Below the pieces are notes generated by a model, which was given only the letters and a program-made list of their open reading frames with translations, was not told the DNA's origin and did no database searches. A program made the translations under genes and the position numbers. A DNA stretch of 64,000 bases from Candidatus Binataceae bacterium (GTDB taxonomy: Bacteria; Desulfobacterota; Binatia; Binatales; Binataceae): positions 73,450-137,449 of the forward strand of contig CAVWAA010000010.1 in assembly GCA_963752805.1 (NCBI GenBank), given 5' to 3'. Of this stretch, positions 51,342 through 60,389 are shown in pieces (position 1 is the stretch's first letter; each line of letters starts with the position of its first letter).

Positions 51342-51785
51342 TCAGGGCGCGGCGCGCCGGAGAAAATCCAGAATTTTCGCCCGGTGAATCTCGCCTTTGC
51401 CCGGGCGCCGATAGAACTCATACGCGGCGGCCACCACGCGAGCCTTGTCGCGAGACTTCATCCGGTACTGGTCACCGCGAAGGGCTAGGGCGCTCTCGAC
51501 GTGCTCGATTATCTGGGCCAGCAGCTCAAGATCGAGCGATGTTTGATCGGTTAGTGATGGTGACTCGTCGTCGGAGCGTTTTGGTCCCCGGCCAAGGTAC
51601 AGCCACTCCGCGCAGAAGCCGGTCGCGTCGGCGATCTTCGTGACAGTTTGAAACTTCGGGTTCTTGGCGCGTTTGAGCCAGGCTGAGATCGTGGTCTGAT
51701 CAACGCCGCTCACGCGCTCCAGCTCTTTTTGCCCGCCTACGTGGTCAACCACCTCGCGCAGGCGCTCGATGAAGCCGTATTGCAC
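51342..51785 (-). CDS. XRE-type HTH regulator (prophage repressor candidate)
   Basis: ..FIERLREVVDHVGGQKELERVSGVDQTTISAWLKRAKNPKFQTVTKIADATGFCAEWLYLGRG is an HTH_3 pattern. No S24 peptidase domain. Start chosen at GTG 51785; the track ORF extends to 51938. Divergent from the plus-strand early-like ORFs. Confidence 0.6.
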   Translation of the reverse strand: MQYGFIERLREVVDHVGGQKELERVSGVDQTTISAWLKRAKNPKFQTVTKIADATGFCAEWLYLGRGPKRSDDESPSLTDQTSLDLELLAQIIEHVESALALRGDQYRMKSRDKARVVAAAYEFYRRPGKGEIHRAKILDFLRRAAP

Positions 51786-52002
51786 AGAAACCCCGCTGCA
51801 ATGGATCGTTGGCCTCGATAAATGGCTTGACCATGTACGCCCAAAGTCGTAAGCTCGATGACCAGCATGCAAAATCGCACAATACGCAACGCGACGGAAG
51901 AAGCCAACCGGCAAAGACAGCGGATTCACACTTATCATAGCCTGCCGTTTGGCAACGCATTCGGCTTGACTCGCGCTTTGGCCTTTTTTGTTCTGTTCGG
52001 CG

Positions 52003-52013
52003 TGACATTGTCA
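52003..52013. promoter_or_regulatory. Operator-like palindrome TGACA-T-TGTCA in the divergent repressor/early region
   Basis: cGTGACATTGTCAat lies between the HTH gene (minus) and the first plus-strand ORF (52089). Same half-sites as 50641-50651. Confidence 0.35.
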
Positions 52014-52088
52014 ATGAGAGGGTTCATAGCCGACAGATTCCTATTTTAAACACACTCGCATGTACTGCGGACATCGGAGGACGCGCAA

Positions 52089-52313
52089 ATGAGGCTTGAA
52101 CTCTGCCGGTCGCATCTCGAGATTCTGCCCGAGGGGGAGGCCGACCTTGCTTACATCGAGGATACGCTAGGACTCCGCAAGGCCGGCAGCCAAATCCCGC
52201 TGATCCGACTCGATTATGCGGGCGGACGCGTGACTCTAATCCGTTTGGCTGCCGGCAGTCTCCGCGCTTCACAGCCGCGGCGCCGGCGGCACGAAGCGCA
52301 GGCCGAAGAATAG
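52089..52313 (+). CDS. Hypothetical small protein (74 aa)
   Basis: ATG preceded by GGAGGACGCGCAA. First plus-strand ORF of the divergent module. Confidence 0.4.
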   Translation: MRLELCRSHLEILPEGEADLAYIEDTLGLRKAGSQIPLIRLDYAGGRVTLIRLAAGSLRASQPRRRRHEAQAEE

Positions 52314-52398
52314 TCGCACCATGAAAGACGATGCCGGTCTTGGGAAAGCCACCACCGGCAAAGCCGACCAGGAATCACAACTCTCTGGAGGACGAGAG

Positions 52399-52605
52399 AT
52401 GAGCGAAGCGATTAGGCTGCCGGACGTAAACGAAATTGCAACTTGGCTTGGTGAGCGCTGCCATCTTGAACGAGCCCGCCTGCGCAATGAACTTGCTTTT
52501 ATTCACGGCGATCGCGCGCACGGTGGACCACCGCGCGAGGATTTGGCTGCCGCGTTGAAATTCCGGCTTGCGGCAATCGATAAACGCCTCGACGGCATTA
52601 CTTAA
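52399..52605 (+). CDS. Hypothetical small protein (68 aa)
   Basis: ATG 52399 preceded by GGAGGACGAGAG: MSEAIRLPDVNEIATWLGERCHLERARLRNELAFIHGD... Confidence 0.4.
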   Translation: MSEAIRLPDVNEIATWLGERCHLERARLRNELAFIHGDRAHGGPPREDLAAALKFRLAAIDKRLDGIT

Positions 52606-52740
52606 TGGCAGAAGCCGCTCTGAGCGCTGACTCGCACGTCAACATAGGAGCGTCAAAGTAAAAACCTCAAAAATCGATACGCGGACTTCTGTGGCCGGGT
52701 GAAAATCTGGCGCCGCAATTAGCAGAGCACAGGAAAGGCA

Positions 52741-53226
52741 GTGAGCCCTTGCTCGAAGCAAAGGACAAATAGGCAACGCAAAATGAGCATGCGATATACA
52801 CAGCCTGCGGGCGCAGTGCGGACGCCAGATGCGAGACGATGGTTGCCTTTAACCGTAAAGAAATCGCTGCTGCACACACTGGTTGAGCTGGTGGGTTGCG
52901 AGTCTGCTGAGAAGATGATCGCCGAATTTGGCGGAGCACGTATCTGGGTGCCGGTCCGAAGCACGGCGGACGCGAAGCTCACCCAGGTTCTTGGAGACCG
53001 CGCCGCATCCGCGCTGTGCGCCCATTTTGGTGGGGATTACCTGCAGGTCCCCAATACCATGACCGGCGGAAACGTACACCTCCGCATTGCTGAATTGCAC
53101 CGGCAGGGTTGCAAGATCAACGATATCGCGCTGGCCGTCGGCCGCAGCCGCCGTACCGTTTTTCGGTTGCTCCGCAAGAAGATTACGGATTTGCGCAGAA
53201 CCGGGGGATGGGAGGCGGATCAATAG
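52741..53226 (+). CDS. Mor-family transcriptional activator-like protein
   Basis: ..LLHTLVELVGCESAEKMIAEFGGARIWVPVRS..LCAHFGGDYLQVP..RIAELHRQGCKINDIALAVGRSRRTVFRLLRK parallels the Mu Mor layout (GG..vYiP block, then a C-terminal HTH). Confidence 0.55.
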   Translation: MSPCSKQRTNRQRKMSMRYTQPAGAVRTPDARRWLPLTVKKSLLHTLVELVGCESAEKMIAEFGGARIWVPVRSTADAKLTQVLGDRAASALCAHFGGDYLQVPNTMTGGNVHLRIAELHRQGCKINDIALAVGRSRRTVFRLLRKKITDLRRTGGWEADQ

Positions 53227-53786
53227 GTGGCGAGCTAACCCGTATATCGCTCATGCGCGTAGGATTCGCCTCGCTCTCCAGAGCGCGACAATCTACAACA
53301 TTGCAGTTCCGGCAGTCGATGCGGATGACATCGTCACCAGTTTGGACGTTGCCGTTGTCTGGCTAACTTGCTCCAATGCGCCACCTGATTCAGTTATACC
53401 AGGTGAGCGTCATGAGTTCCGGTAGTATGTGGGCCAGCCGCACGCTTTCAGCCTAGTTAATGTGGTTGCCAACCCTGGATTGCTCCGGAACTCGCGGTAA
53501 CGAGCATGAGCAACACGGGTCTCTCAATACCTCCTTTGTCGCGGAATAATGCTGTTTGCGTGATCGCATATCATTTCGGTTTTCCGGCGCAGTAGCCATG
53601 GGGTTTGGGTCTAGTCGTCTTGTGGGAGTATCGTACAAGATATTGAACTCCGCATCACTGAGGTCGAGACAATACTAGCGCAGCGAAATAGTACTGTATT
53701 CGCCCAACTCAATTAATGATAACAAAAAGATAAATGCTCAACCAGGAAACGATTCGTCAAAGGCAGAACACCGCACGAAATTCAGC

Positions 53787-54233
53787 CTACGCACTCGCTG
53801 CGTCCTCCAGAACTTGGCTGGCGTGGTCCGCAGGGTTCACCTTGCGGTAGACAGCCGCGATTTTCCCCTGCTCGTCGATGAGATAGCTGATGCGTGCAGG
53901 ATAACCAGCCCGGACATCGCTGCAGGCTCCATAAGCCAAACCAATTTTGCGGTCGGTATCGCACAGCAAGCTGAATGGGAAATGGTTCTTGCGGGCAAAA
54001 GCGGCGTTAGAGGCAACATCATCGAAGCTAACGCCGAGAATGACGATGCCGCAGTTTTCGAAAGCCGTGTATTGGTCGCGGAACCCGCAACCCTCGCGTG
54101 TTCAGCCTCCGGTATCGGCTTTCGGATAAAACCACAAAAGAACCTTGCGGCCACGCAGAGATGAGAGTGACAGGGGCTGCCCCTCATGCGTGGTCGCGGT
54201 GAACTCTGGCGCGTTTTCACCAACGTTAAGCAT
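53787..54233 (-). CDS. bcp: BCP/PrxQ-type peroxiredoxin with in-frame UGA at the peroxidatic-Cys position (candidate selenoprotein)
   Basis: Own translation from ATG 54233: [43 protein letters not shown]-[TGA 54102-54104][59 protein letters not shown]... One 149-codon frame. The UGA replaces the Cys of the conserved PGCT motif, and the resolving Cys sits 5 residues later as in BCP. Confidence 0.7.
54074..54092 (-). promoter_or_regulatory. SECIS-like hairpin 9 nt downstream of the in-frame UGA
   Basis: mRNA UGA ACACGCGAG GGUUGCGG-GUU-CCGCGACC forms an 8-bp stem (7 Watson-Crick pairs plus 1 G-U) with a G/U-containing apical loop. The spacing resembles the E. coli fdhF SECIS, whose upper stem starts 11 nt after the UGA. 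Confidence 0.5.
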
Positions 54234-54702
54234 CAGATTTACTCCACCGTACCCGATTAATTCCAATCGATATTCGCTAAATTCATCTGCTTTCGCAACA
54301 AATACGCTGTGTTACAGCGCGCTCTCCCCTGCGACATTGAATATGGCAGCCGCGAGCCGCGGGCATCGCGGCATTGTTCTCGAGCCGAAACTCCTACTGG
54401 TTTTAATCTGCGAAAATCTCGAGTAACAATTGGCGAGCGCAAAAAGGGCAGGGCGGCTGCGGCGCCGGCATATGGAGGGGAAATGGGCTGCGCCTGATTA
54501 GGCGGGAAGCGCAGGGTCGAGGCCGTAATCAGAAACCTCAACACGTCGAAACAATTGCTGCCGGCACCACCGCCGCAAAACAAAATATGCCGTGAACGCT
54601 TTGCCGAAAACACCGGTGACGATGTCACCCGTTGCATACTAATCCACGGAACTTGACCATCTGGATGCTTGCAATAGTTGTCGCGAGACGTAAGACCCAG
54701 AG

Positions 54703-55929
54703 TCAGGCACCCGACTGAAATTTCGCAGTGCCACGCAATAAGTCTTCGATTTCGGCACCGCTGTAACCTAATTGTTCCAAAATCTCGCGAGTATGAGCGC
54801 CAACCTCCGGCGCTGCCGACGGTTGACGTTTTGACTCACCGCTGACGAACAGCGGGCTGTTGACGGTCTCGATGTGACCTGCCAGCGGGTGATTCAACCC
54901 AATGATCGCCTCTGCGGCGCGCAGTTGAGGATCTTTCACGACATCCTCGAGCCGCGGCAGTGGCGCCCATTTGATATCGCTGCGCTTGAAGACGTCGGCC
55001 CATTGAGCCAGATCGCGGGCTTCGAACTGAGACCGCAGGATTTCATACAGGGCCGCCGCGTTTTCTTCGCGGGCGGCATTCGTGCAAAAGAGGTCGCTCG
55101 CCGACAACTCCGGCTGGTCAAGGATTCGGCACAAGCGGGGAAATTCAACGTCCGGATCTATCAGAACCAGCAAAAAAATCTTGCCATCGCGGCTCAGATA
55201 GGCGGCGGTGAGCGGATTTGGCGGATGGCCGCCTGCGCTCCGCTGAGGGAACTCTGCATTGAGCAGCTTCGCCTGGATATCACATGCATTCGCCCAGGCG
55301 CCGCTTGCGAGCAACGAGGTTGTGACGCGCGCGCCCTGACCTGTACGCTCCCGCCGGTATAGCCCAAGCATGATCGCACCGAACATCGACATCGCGGTCG
55401 GATGATCTCCCATCGCAGGCCGCGGGGCAGCCGGCGAGCCATCGCTACCGGTCACGCTCATCATCAGTCCGGAGCGCGCCCAGTAAGCCAAAGCGTCGAA
55501 GGCCGGTGCATCGGCATCCTCGCCAGCGTCTCCATAACCGGTCAAATGTGCGTAAATTAGCCGTCGATTGGCCGGTGCAAGATCTTCCCAGGTAAGACGG
55601 AACTTCTCGAGCAGGGTTCGCTGATAATTAGTCACGAACACATCCGCAGTGCCGACTAAACGGAGGAGCACTTCGCGGCCTTCAGGTCGGCCAAGATCCA
55701 GTGCAATGCTCTTCTTGTTGCGATTGGTTAATACCCAGCACCAGTCCAAATTGCATTTGGCTACGCCGGGAAGCTTGGAGAACAGCCGCCACAGGTCGCC
55801 ACCGCCTGGCCGCTCTATTTTGATTACTTCAGCACCGAAGTCGGACATCACTGTCGCCGCCGCAGGCCCGGCGACGTAAGTTCCACAATCGATCACGCGG
55901 ATTCCAGCGAGTACCCCGCGCTCATCCAT
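54703..55929 (-). CDS. Family III CoA-transferase (CaiB/BaiF-like)
   Basis: ATG 55929: MDERGVLAGIRVIDCGTYVAGPAAATVMSDFGAEVIKIERPGGGD.. is the CoA_transf_3 N-terminus. The track ORF start at 56004 probably over-extends. Confidence 0.85.
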   Translation of the reverse strand: MDERGVLAGIRVIDCGTYVAGPAAATVMSDFGAEVIKIERPGGGDLWRLFSKLPGVAKCNLDWCWVLTNRNKKSIALDLGRPEGREVLLRLVGTADVFVTNYQRTLLEKFRLTWEDLAPANRRLIYAHLTGYGDAGEDADAPAFDALAYWARSGLMMSVTGSDGSPAAPRPAMGDHPTAMSMFGAIMLGLYRRERTGQGARVTTSLLASGAWANACDIQAKLLNAEFPQRSAGGHPPNPLTAAYLSRDGKIFLLVLIDPDVEFPRLCRILDQPELSASDLFCTNAAREENAAALYEILRSQFEARDLAQWADVFKRSDIKWAPLPRLEDVVKDPQLRAAEAIIGLNHPLAGHIETVNSPLFVSGESKRQPSAAPEVGAHTREILEQLGYSGAEIEDLLRGTAKFQSGA

Positions 55930-56031
55930 CAATAGTACCTCCAAAAATCCTTGGCACGTCAGCCACGAGTTGGGCTTGTATGGCCCCGCATCCGTGCAAC
56001 GCATCGCGCATTGAGGAAAAAACCGTCACGC

Positions 56032-57006
56032 CTATTTGTTGAGTTTTAAGATCCGGGCAGCGTTCTCGGAGTAAATCAACTCTCGCTCAGAAGGTGTGAG
56101 CCTTATACTGTCAATAAATTCACGTGTGCGCTCCATAAAATTGGTGCCACGCATGAAGTAGTCGGTGCCGAAGATAATATGATCAAGCCCCACCAGTTCG
56201 CGCGCGCATTCGAACGCTCCCCGGTTCCAACCAAGCGCTGTATCGACGTAGAACTTGCGCATGGTTTCGCTCGGACGCTGCCTCGGCTTAAGATAGGAGC
56301 CATAGAATCCGGGGGAGTCGAAAGCGATGTCGATACGGCGGGCGAGAAAGGGCAGCGCACCGCCGAGATGAGCGAGTACCAAGGTCAGCTCAGGGAAATG
56401 CTCGAACAAATTGCAGTGCACGAGCTTATACGCAGACAACGTCGTATCGAACGGAAATGAAAGTAAGGTCGGCGGCTGGTCGTCGCGATATGAGGGCGAA
56501 TTCGCCGGATGCATGAATACCGGCGTCCTGCGCCGATTTACCTCTGTCCAAAACGGCACAAATTCCGGTGCGTCCAAATAGCGTCCCGCGATATTCGAGG
56601 TGACTAACACGCCCACGCACCCGAGTTGATCAAGCGCCCGCGCCATTTCGCTGAGGGCCGCGTCGCCTTCGTTGAACGGCAGATGCGCCAATGCTTTGAA
56701 ACGGCTGGGCTCGCGGCGGCATGATTCCGCGAGTGCATCGTTTACCAGCCGGCACAATTCCGGGGCGCGCTCGTCAACTCGGCTGTACAGCGGCGGCGTC
56801 AACAGGATTTCAACATCGATGCCAGCACGGTCAATATCCTCCAGGCGCGCATCGTGATCCCATACAGGCAGTGGAGTGTTTGCCCAGAGCGCGAACTTCC
56901 GGCCATTCTCGTCCTGCCTGAGGTCGATGGCCTCCGGATAGATATGCTGCATCGCCTTGAAGAATTCGGCCGGGAAGGCGTGGCAGTGAAAGTCGATTTT
57001 GCGCAC
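56032..57006 (-). CDS. Amidohydrolase-2 family protein (ACMSD-like metal-dependent hydrolase/decarboxylase)
   Basis: MRKIDFHCHAFP.. (HxH metal site) ..VFMHPAN..LVLAHLGGALPF..IFGTDYF... Confidence 0.8.
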   Translation of the reverse strand: MRKIDFHCHAFPAEFFKAMQHIYPEAIDLRQDENGRKFALWANTPLPVWDHDARLEDIDRAGIDVEILLTPPLYSRVDERAPELCRLVNDALAESCRREPSRFKALAHLPFNEGDAALSEMARALDQLGCVGVLVTSNIAGRYLDAPEFVPFWTEVNRRRTPVFMHPANSPSYRDDQPPTLLSFPFDTTLSAYKLVHCNLFEHFPELTLVLAHLGGALPFLARRIDIAFDSPGFYGSYLKPRQRPSETMRKFYVDTALGWNRGAFECARELVGLDHIIFGTDYFMRGTNFMERTREFIDSIRLTPSERELIYSENAARILKLNK

Positions 57007-57054
57007 AATTCGCCTGACGACGCAGCTTGGGTTACGAGCCCGCGGACGAACAGG

Positions 57055-57705
57055 TCAGCGGTTGCCGCCCATCATCGCCTTCATCGCCTCGGCCATCTCG
57101 CCCAGCGCTTTTTCAACCGATGGGCGCTCTTGTACTTTGTTCCACCAAGCCGCGAGCCTGGGACGATGCTCCAACGGGGCCTTGGCGCCGAATCCCGGCA
57201 GCATATTGGTGACGAAGAACGTCGTCGGAGCCAACGCACAATCCGCCAGGGTAAAATCCTGGCCGGCGGCGAAATTACCTGGTTCAGCCAGCATCGACTC
57301 CAGTTGATCGAGCCGCGTCTGCAATTCCGTCAGCCTCTCATTCACGATCTTTTCGTCGCGGCTTTTCGGATTCAACTGTCCGAACAACGCACGCAAGGGC
57401 GGCTCGAGGTAGAGGTCATGGAAACGGGTCAGGAGGCGGACCTTGGCCCGCGCTTCTGGACTCCTGGGCAGGAGGGGAGGATTAGGAAACTTCTCCTCAA
57501 GATATTCGTTGATAATCTCTGATTCCGGGATGATGGTGCCGTCGGCATCGAGCGTGGGAACCTTACCGAGCGGATTGATTTTCAAATACTCAGGCGATTT
57601 CATCCCGCCCGGCGGCGCCACAATTTCAATGTTGGCGCCCTTTTCATAGACGACAATGCGCGATTTGGTCGCGAAGTTCGAGAGATTCATGCCGTAGAGC
57701 TTCAT
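57055..57705 (-). CDS. Glutathione S-transferase
   Basis: MKLYGMNLSNFATKSRIVVYEKGANIEIV..INPLGKVPTLDADGTIIPESEIINEYLEE.. is the GST N-domain pattern. Confidence 0.85.
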   Translation of the reverse strand: MKLYGMNLSNFATKSRIVVYEKGANIEIVAPPGGMKSPEYLKINPLGKVPTLDADGTIIPESEIINEYLEEKFPNPPLLPRSPEARAKVRLLTRFHDLYLEPPLRALFGQLNPKSRDEKIVNERLTELQTRLDQLESMLAEPGNFAAGQDFTLADCALAPTTFFVTNMLPGFGAKAPLEHRPRLAAWWNKVQERPSVEKALGEMAEAMKAMMGGNR

Positions 57706-57840
57706 TCACTTGACTCCTGGTCGTTTTGCTTCGAGCCGCTGCCGTGAAACCCGCGCCCGGATTTGAAGTGCAAAGATAGGCCGTCGGACAAATCCTTATT
57801 ACAGAGACGCGCACGCTCCGCAAGGTGAGCATGAGTTGAA

Positions 57841-58125
57841 TTAGTCGCTCGCGTTCTGGGCATGATTCATCTGGTCGAGGTGCTCCGCGACTCGATTTAT
57901 TTCTCGGGTCGCCTCCTCAACCGTCTTTTGCGCGCGGTCGGCCGCGATTTGCGCCTGCTGAGCCGCGGCTCGTGCTCGATTTGCCGCGGCCTCAGCCTGC
58001 TCGGCCTTCAGCTCAGCCTGCTGTGCGCTTAATTCAATTCGCCTGGCCTGGTCTTCCGATCCGCTACACCCAGCGAATCCAGTCGCGCCGGCAAGTGCGA
58101 GGGCGCCCGCAACGCTCAACCGCAT
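57841..58125 (-). CDS. Small coiled-coil lipoprotein
   Basis: ATG 58125: MRLSVAGALALAGATGFAGCSGSE (lipobox FAGC), then Ala/Gln-rich heptads. Confidence 0.6.
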   Translation of the reverse strand: MRLSVAGALALAGATGFAGCSGSEDQARRIELSAQQAELKAEQAEAAANRARAAAQQAQIAADRAQKTVEEATREINRVAEHLDQMNHAQNASD

Positions 58126-58276
58126 GACGGTTGATGCAGGACACCTGATGAGCCTGCGCCACACGGCTTGCGGGTGCAGAGTCAGCAGAGAGCTGGACCC
58201 GAACGCAGGATTGCGGGCCATGTGAAATCGGCTGGCGACAGCGAGACGGTGGTTGATGCCGAAACCGGGGAAAATC

Positions 58277-59155
58277 CTATTGCCCTGGTGCCAACGCTTC
58301 CATCACACGTGGATCTGGCAGCGTTTCGCTGTCCGCGCGAATCGGCAGGATGCAGACGTGAGTAGCTCCGGCCTTCAGATGCGCATCGATACGGTCGCGG
58401 ATCTTCTGCTCGTTACCCCAGGCCACAATCGCATCGACCAACGCGTCGCTGCATCCGTTTTGAAAATCTTCATCCTTCCAGCCGAGCGCCTTCAGATTAT
58501 TGGTGTAATTCGGCAGGCGCGGCACATAGGTTTTCATATAAGTCCGCGCCATCGCGCGGGCTTTGGCCGCATCAGTTTCGAGAATTACCGCCTGCGCCGC
58601 GCAGATCCATGGTTTGGTCCCAATTGCTGCGCGCGCTTTCGAGGTATGCTCGGGAGGAACGAAGTATGTGTGTGTCCCGTTGGCCTCGCTGGCTGCAAGC
58701 TGAAGCATTTTGGGATGAAGCGCGGCAAGGACTACAGGCACCTCTTGGGGTGGCTGCGGCGCACGATAAAGCGCACCTTTCATCTTCGGCAGGTATTCCC
58801 GCATGTAGCTGTACGGCTTGTCATAGGAGTGGCCGCGCAAGTTAACGACCAAAGGCCGATGACTCACCCCGATGCCCAACAGGAAACGCCCGCCTGAGGC
58901 TTCGGCAACCGTCTTCGACGCGGCCGACATCGTGAGCGGGTCGCGCGCATAAATATTCGCGATGCCAGTGGCGAAGACAATTTTCTCCGTATGGCCCGCC
59001 AGGTAGCCGATATGGGCGAATGGATCCCGCCCCACCGCCTCCGGTATCCACATTGCGCCATAGCCCAATTTTTCGGTCTTGCGAACGAATTCGACCGTCT
59101 GAGCTGCGGTCATTGCGTCGAGGAAGAACCAGATTCCGATTTTGCCGATATCCAT
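58277..59155 (-). CDS. LLM-class (luciferase-like) flavin/F420-dependent oxidoreductase
   Basis: MDIGKIGIWFFLDAMTAAQTVEFVRKTEKLGYGAMWIPEAVGRDPF..GRFLLGIGVSH... Confidence 0.8.
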   Translation of the reverse strand: MDIGKIGIWFFLDAMTAAQTVEFVRKTEKLGYGAMWIPEAVGRDPFAHIGYLAGHTEKIVFATGIANIYARDPLTMSAASKTVAEASGGRFLLGIGVSHRPLVVNLRGHSYDKPYSYMREYLPKMKGALYRAPQPPQEVPVVLAALHPKMLQLAASEANGTHTYFVPPEHTSKARAAIGTKPWICAAQAVILETDAAKARAMARTYMKTYVPRLPNYTNNLKALGWKDEDFQNGCSDALVDAIVAWGNEQKIRDRIDAHLKAGATHVCILPIRADSETLPDPRVMEALAPGQ

Positions 59156-59379
59156 AGTGACTTCTTAATTAGTCGCACCGCTGCGGGCTATCAAGGTACA
59201 GGTAGCGCCTTCTTCGGTGGAAGATTCCATCCCCGACCCAATAATCACTTTTGCGGCGGACTATTGCGCTAACTGTCTTCTCCCGTCGCCGCCGATCGTT
59301 GAAAAACTGTTTCCAAATGAGTTCGCGCCGCGATAGATCTGGGGGACTCTGGCGCGCCGTTAAGGAAGGGAACGTCTCC

Positions 59380-60237
59380 ATGAAATTCGGTTTGATGTTT
59401 GTCAATTCCGGTCCGTTCAGCAACCATGACCTGCTCGCTCACTTGGCGCAGACTGCCGAGCAATGCGGCTTCGAGTCCCTCTGGACGGTCGAGCATGTCG
59501 TCATTCCCAAGGATTATCAATCGCCGTATCCCTATTCTAAAAGCGGCAAAATTCCCGGCGGCGAGGACGTCGCGATTCCGGACCCGCTGCTGCCGCTAAG
59601 CTTCGCCGCGGCACTCACGAAGAAGATTCGCCTGGCAACCGGTGTGGTGATTCTGCCCCAGCGCCATCCGTTGTATCTTGCCAAGGAGATCGCCACGCTA
59701 GACCTGCTTTCGGGCGGCCGCGTACTCCTTGGCGTCGGCTCGGGATGGCTCAAAGAGGAGTTCGACGCACTCGGGCTCGATTTCCATGCGCGTGGCGCTC
59801 GCACCGACGAGGCGATTCAGGCAATGCGCGAGTGCTGGCGCGAGAATGCTTCGAGTTTCCACGGCAAGCACTTCAACTTCGGTCCAATATTCAGCTACCC
59901 AAAACCGCCGCACAACGACGTGCCGATTCATATCGGTGGCCATTCACCGGCTGCGGCTAAAAGGGCCGGGCGGCTGGGCGACGGCTTTTTCCCGGCGCTC
60001 GGCGAAATTCCGAAGCTCCAGGAGCTATTCGCGACGATGCGCGAGGCGGCTCAGAAGGCGGGCCGCGATCCCAGTGACATCGAACTCTCATGCATGGCGC
60101 GCGCGGCGATCGATTCGGTCAAAGCGGTCGAGGACATCGGTATCAGCCGGGTAGTCGTCGCACCTCCAGCATTCGATAAAGAAGGACTCTCGCGCGGTCT
60201 CGAAAAAATCGGCAACGAGGTAATCGCCCGTGTATGA
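59380..60237 (+). CDS. LLM-class oxidoreductase, paralogue 1
   Basis: ATG 59380 (SD AAGGAAGGG): MKFGLMFVNSGPFSNHDLLAHLAQTAEQCGFESLWTVEHVVIP..LLSGGRVLLGVGSGWLKEEF... Confidence 0.85.
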   Translation: MKFGLMFVNSGPFSNHDLLAHLAQTAEQCGFESLWTVEHVVIPKDYQSPYPYSKSGKIPGGEDVAIPDPLLPLSFAAALTKKIRLATGVVILPQRHPLYLAKEIATLDLLSGGRVLLGVGSGWLKEEFDALGLDFHARGARTDEAIQAMRECWRENASSFHGKHFNFGPIFSYPKPPHNDVPIHIGGHSPAAAKRAGRLGDGFFPALGEIPKLQELFATMREAAQKAGRDPSDIELSCMARAAIDSVKAVEDIGISRVVVAPPAFDKEGLSRGLEKIGNEVIARV

Positions 60238-60389
60238 CCCCGGGTCGAACCGCTTATCATTAAGCCTCCCGCTCTGTCTGTGCCTCTCCCGCTGCTTGCG
60301 GCGGCAGTGAGCGTGATTTGTGGAAAAGGGTCTGGATCAGAGCGCTGCGGTCATCTCAAGCGGCAACTGAAATCAAAAGGAATCATCCG

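Noticed and set aside
53230-53786. AT-richer 550-bp gap after the Mor-like gene as an ncRNA or att site
   Set aside because: I could not fold a convincing tRNA or tmRNA-like structure, nor find a repeat matching the left border (13.57-13.80 kb) by eye. It is left as unannotated intergenic DNA that may contain the element boundary.
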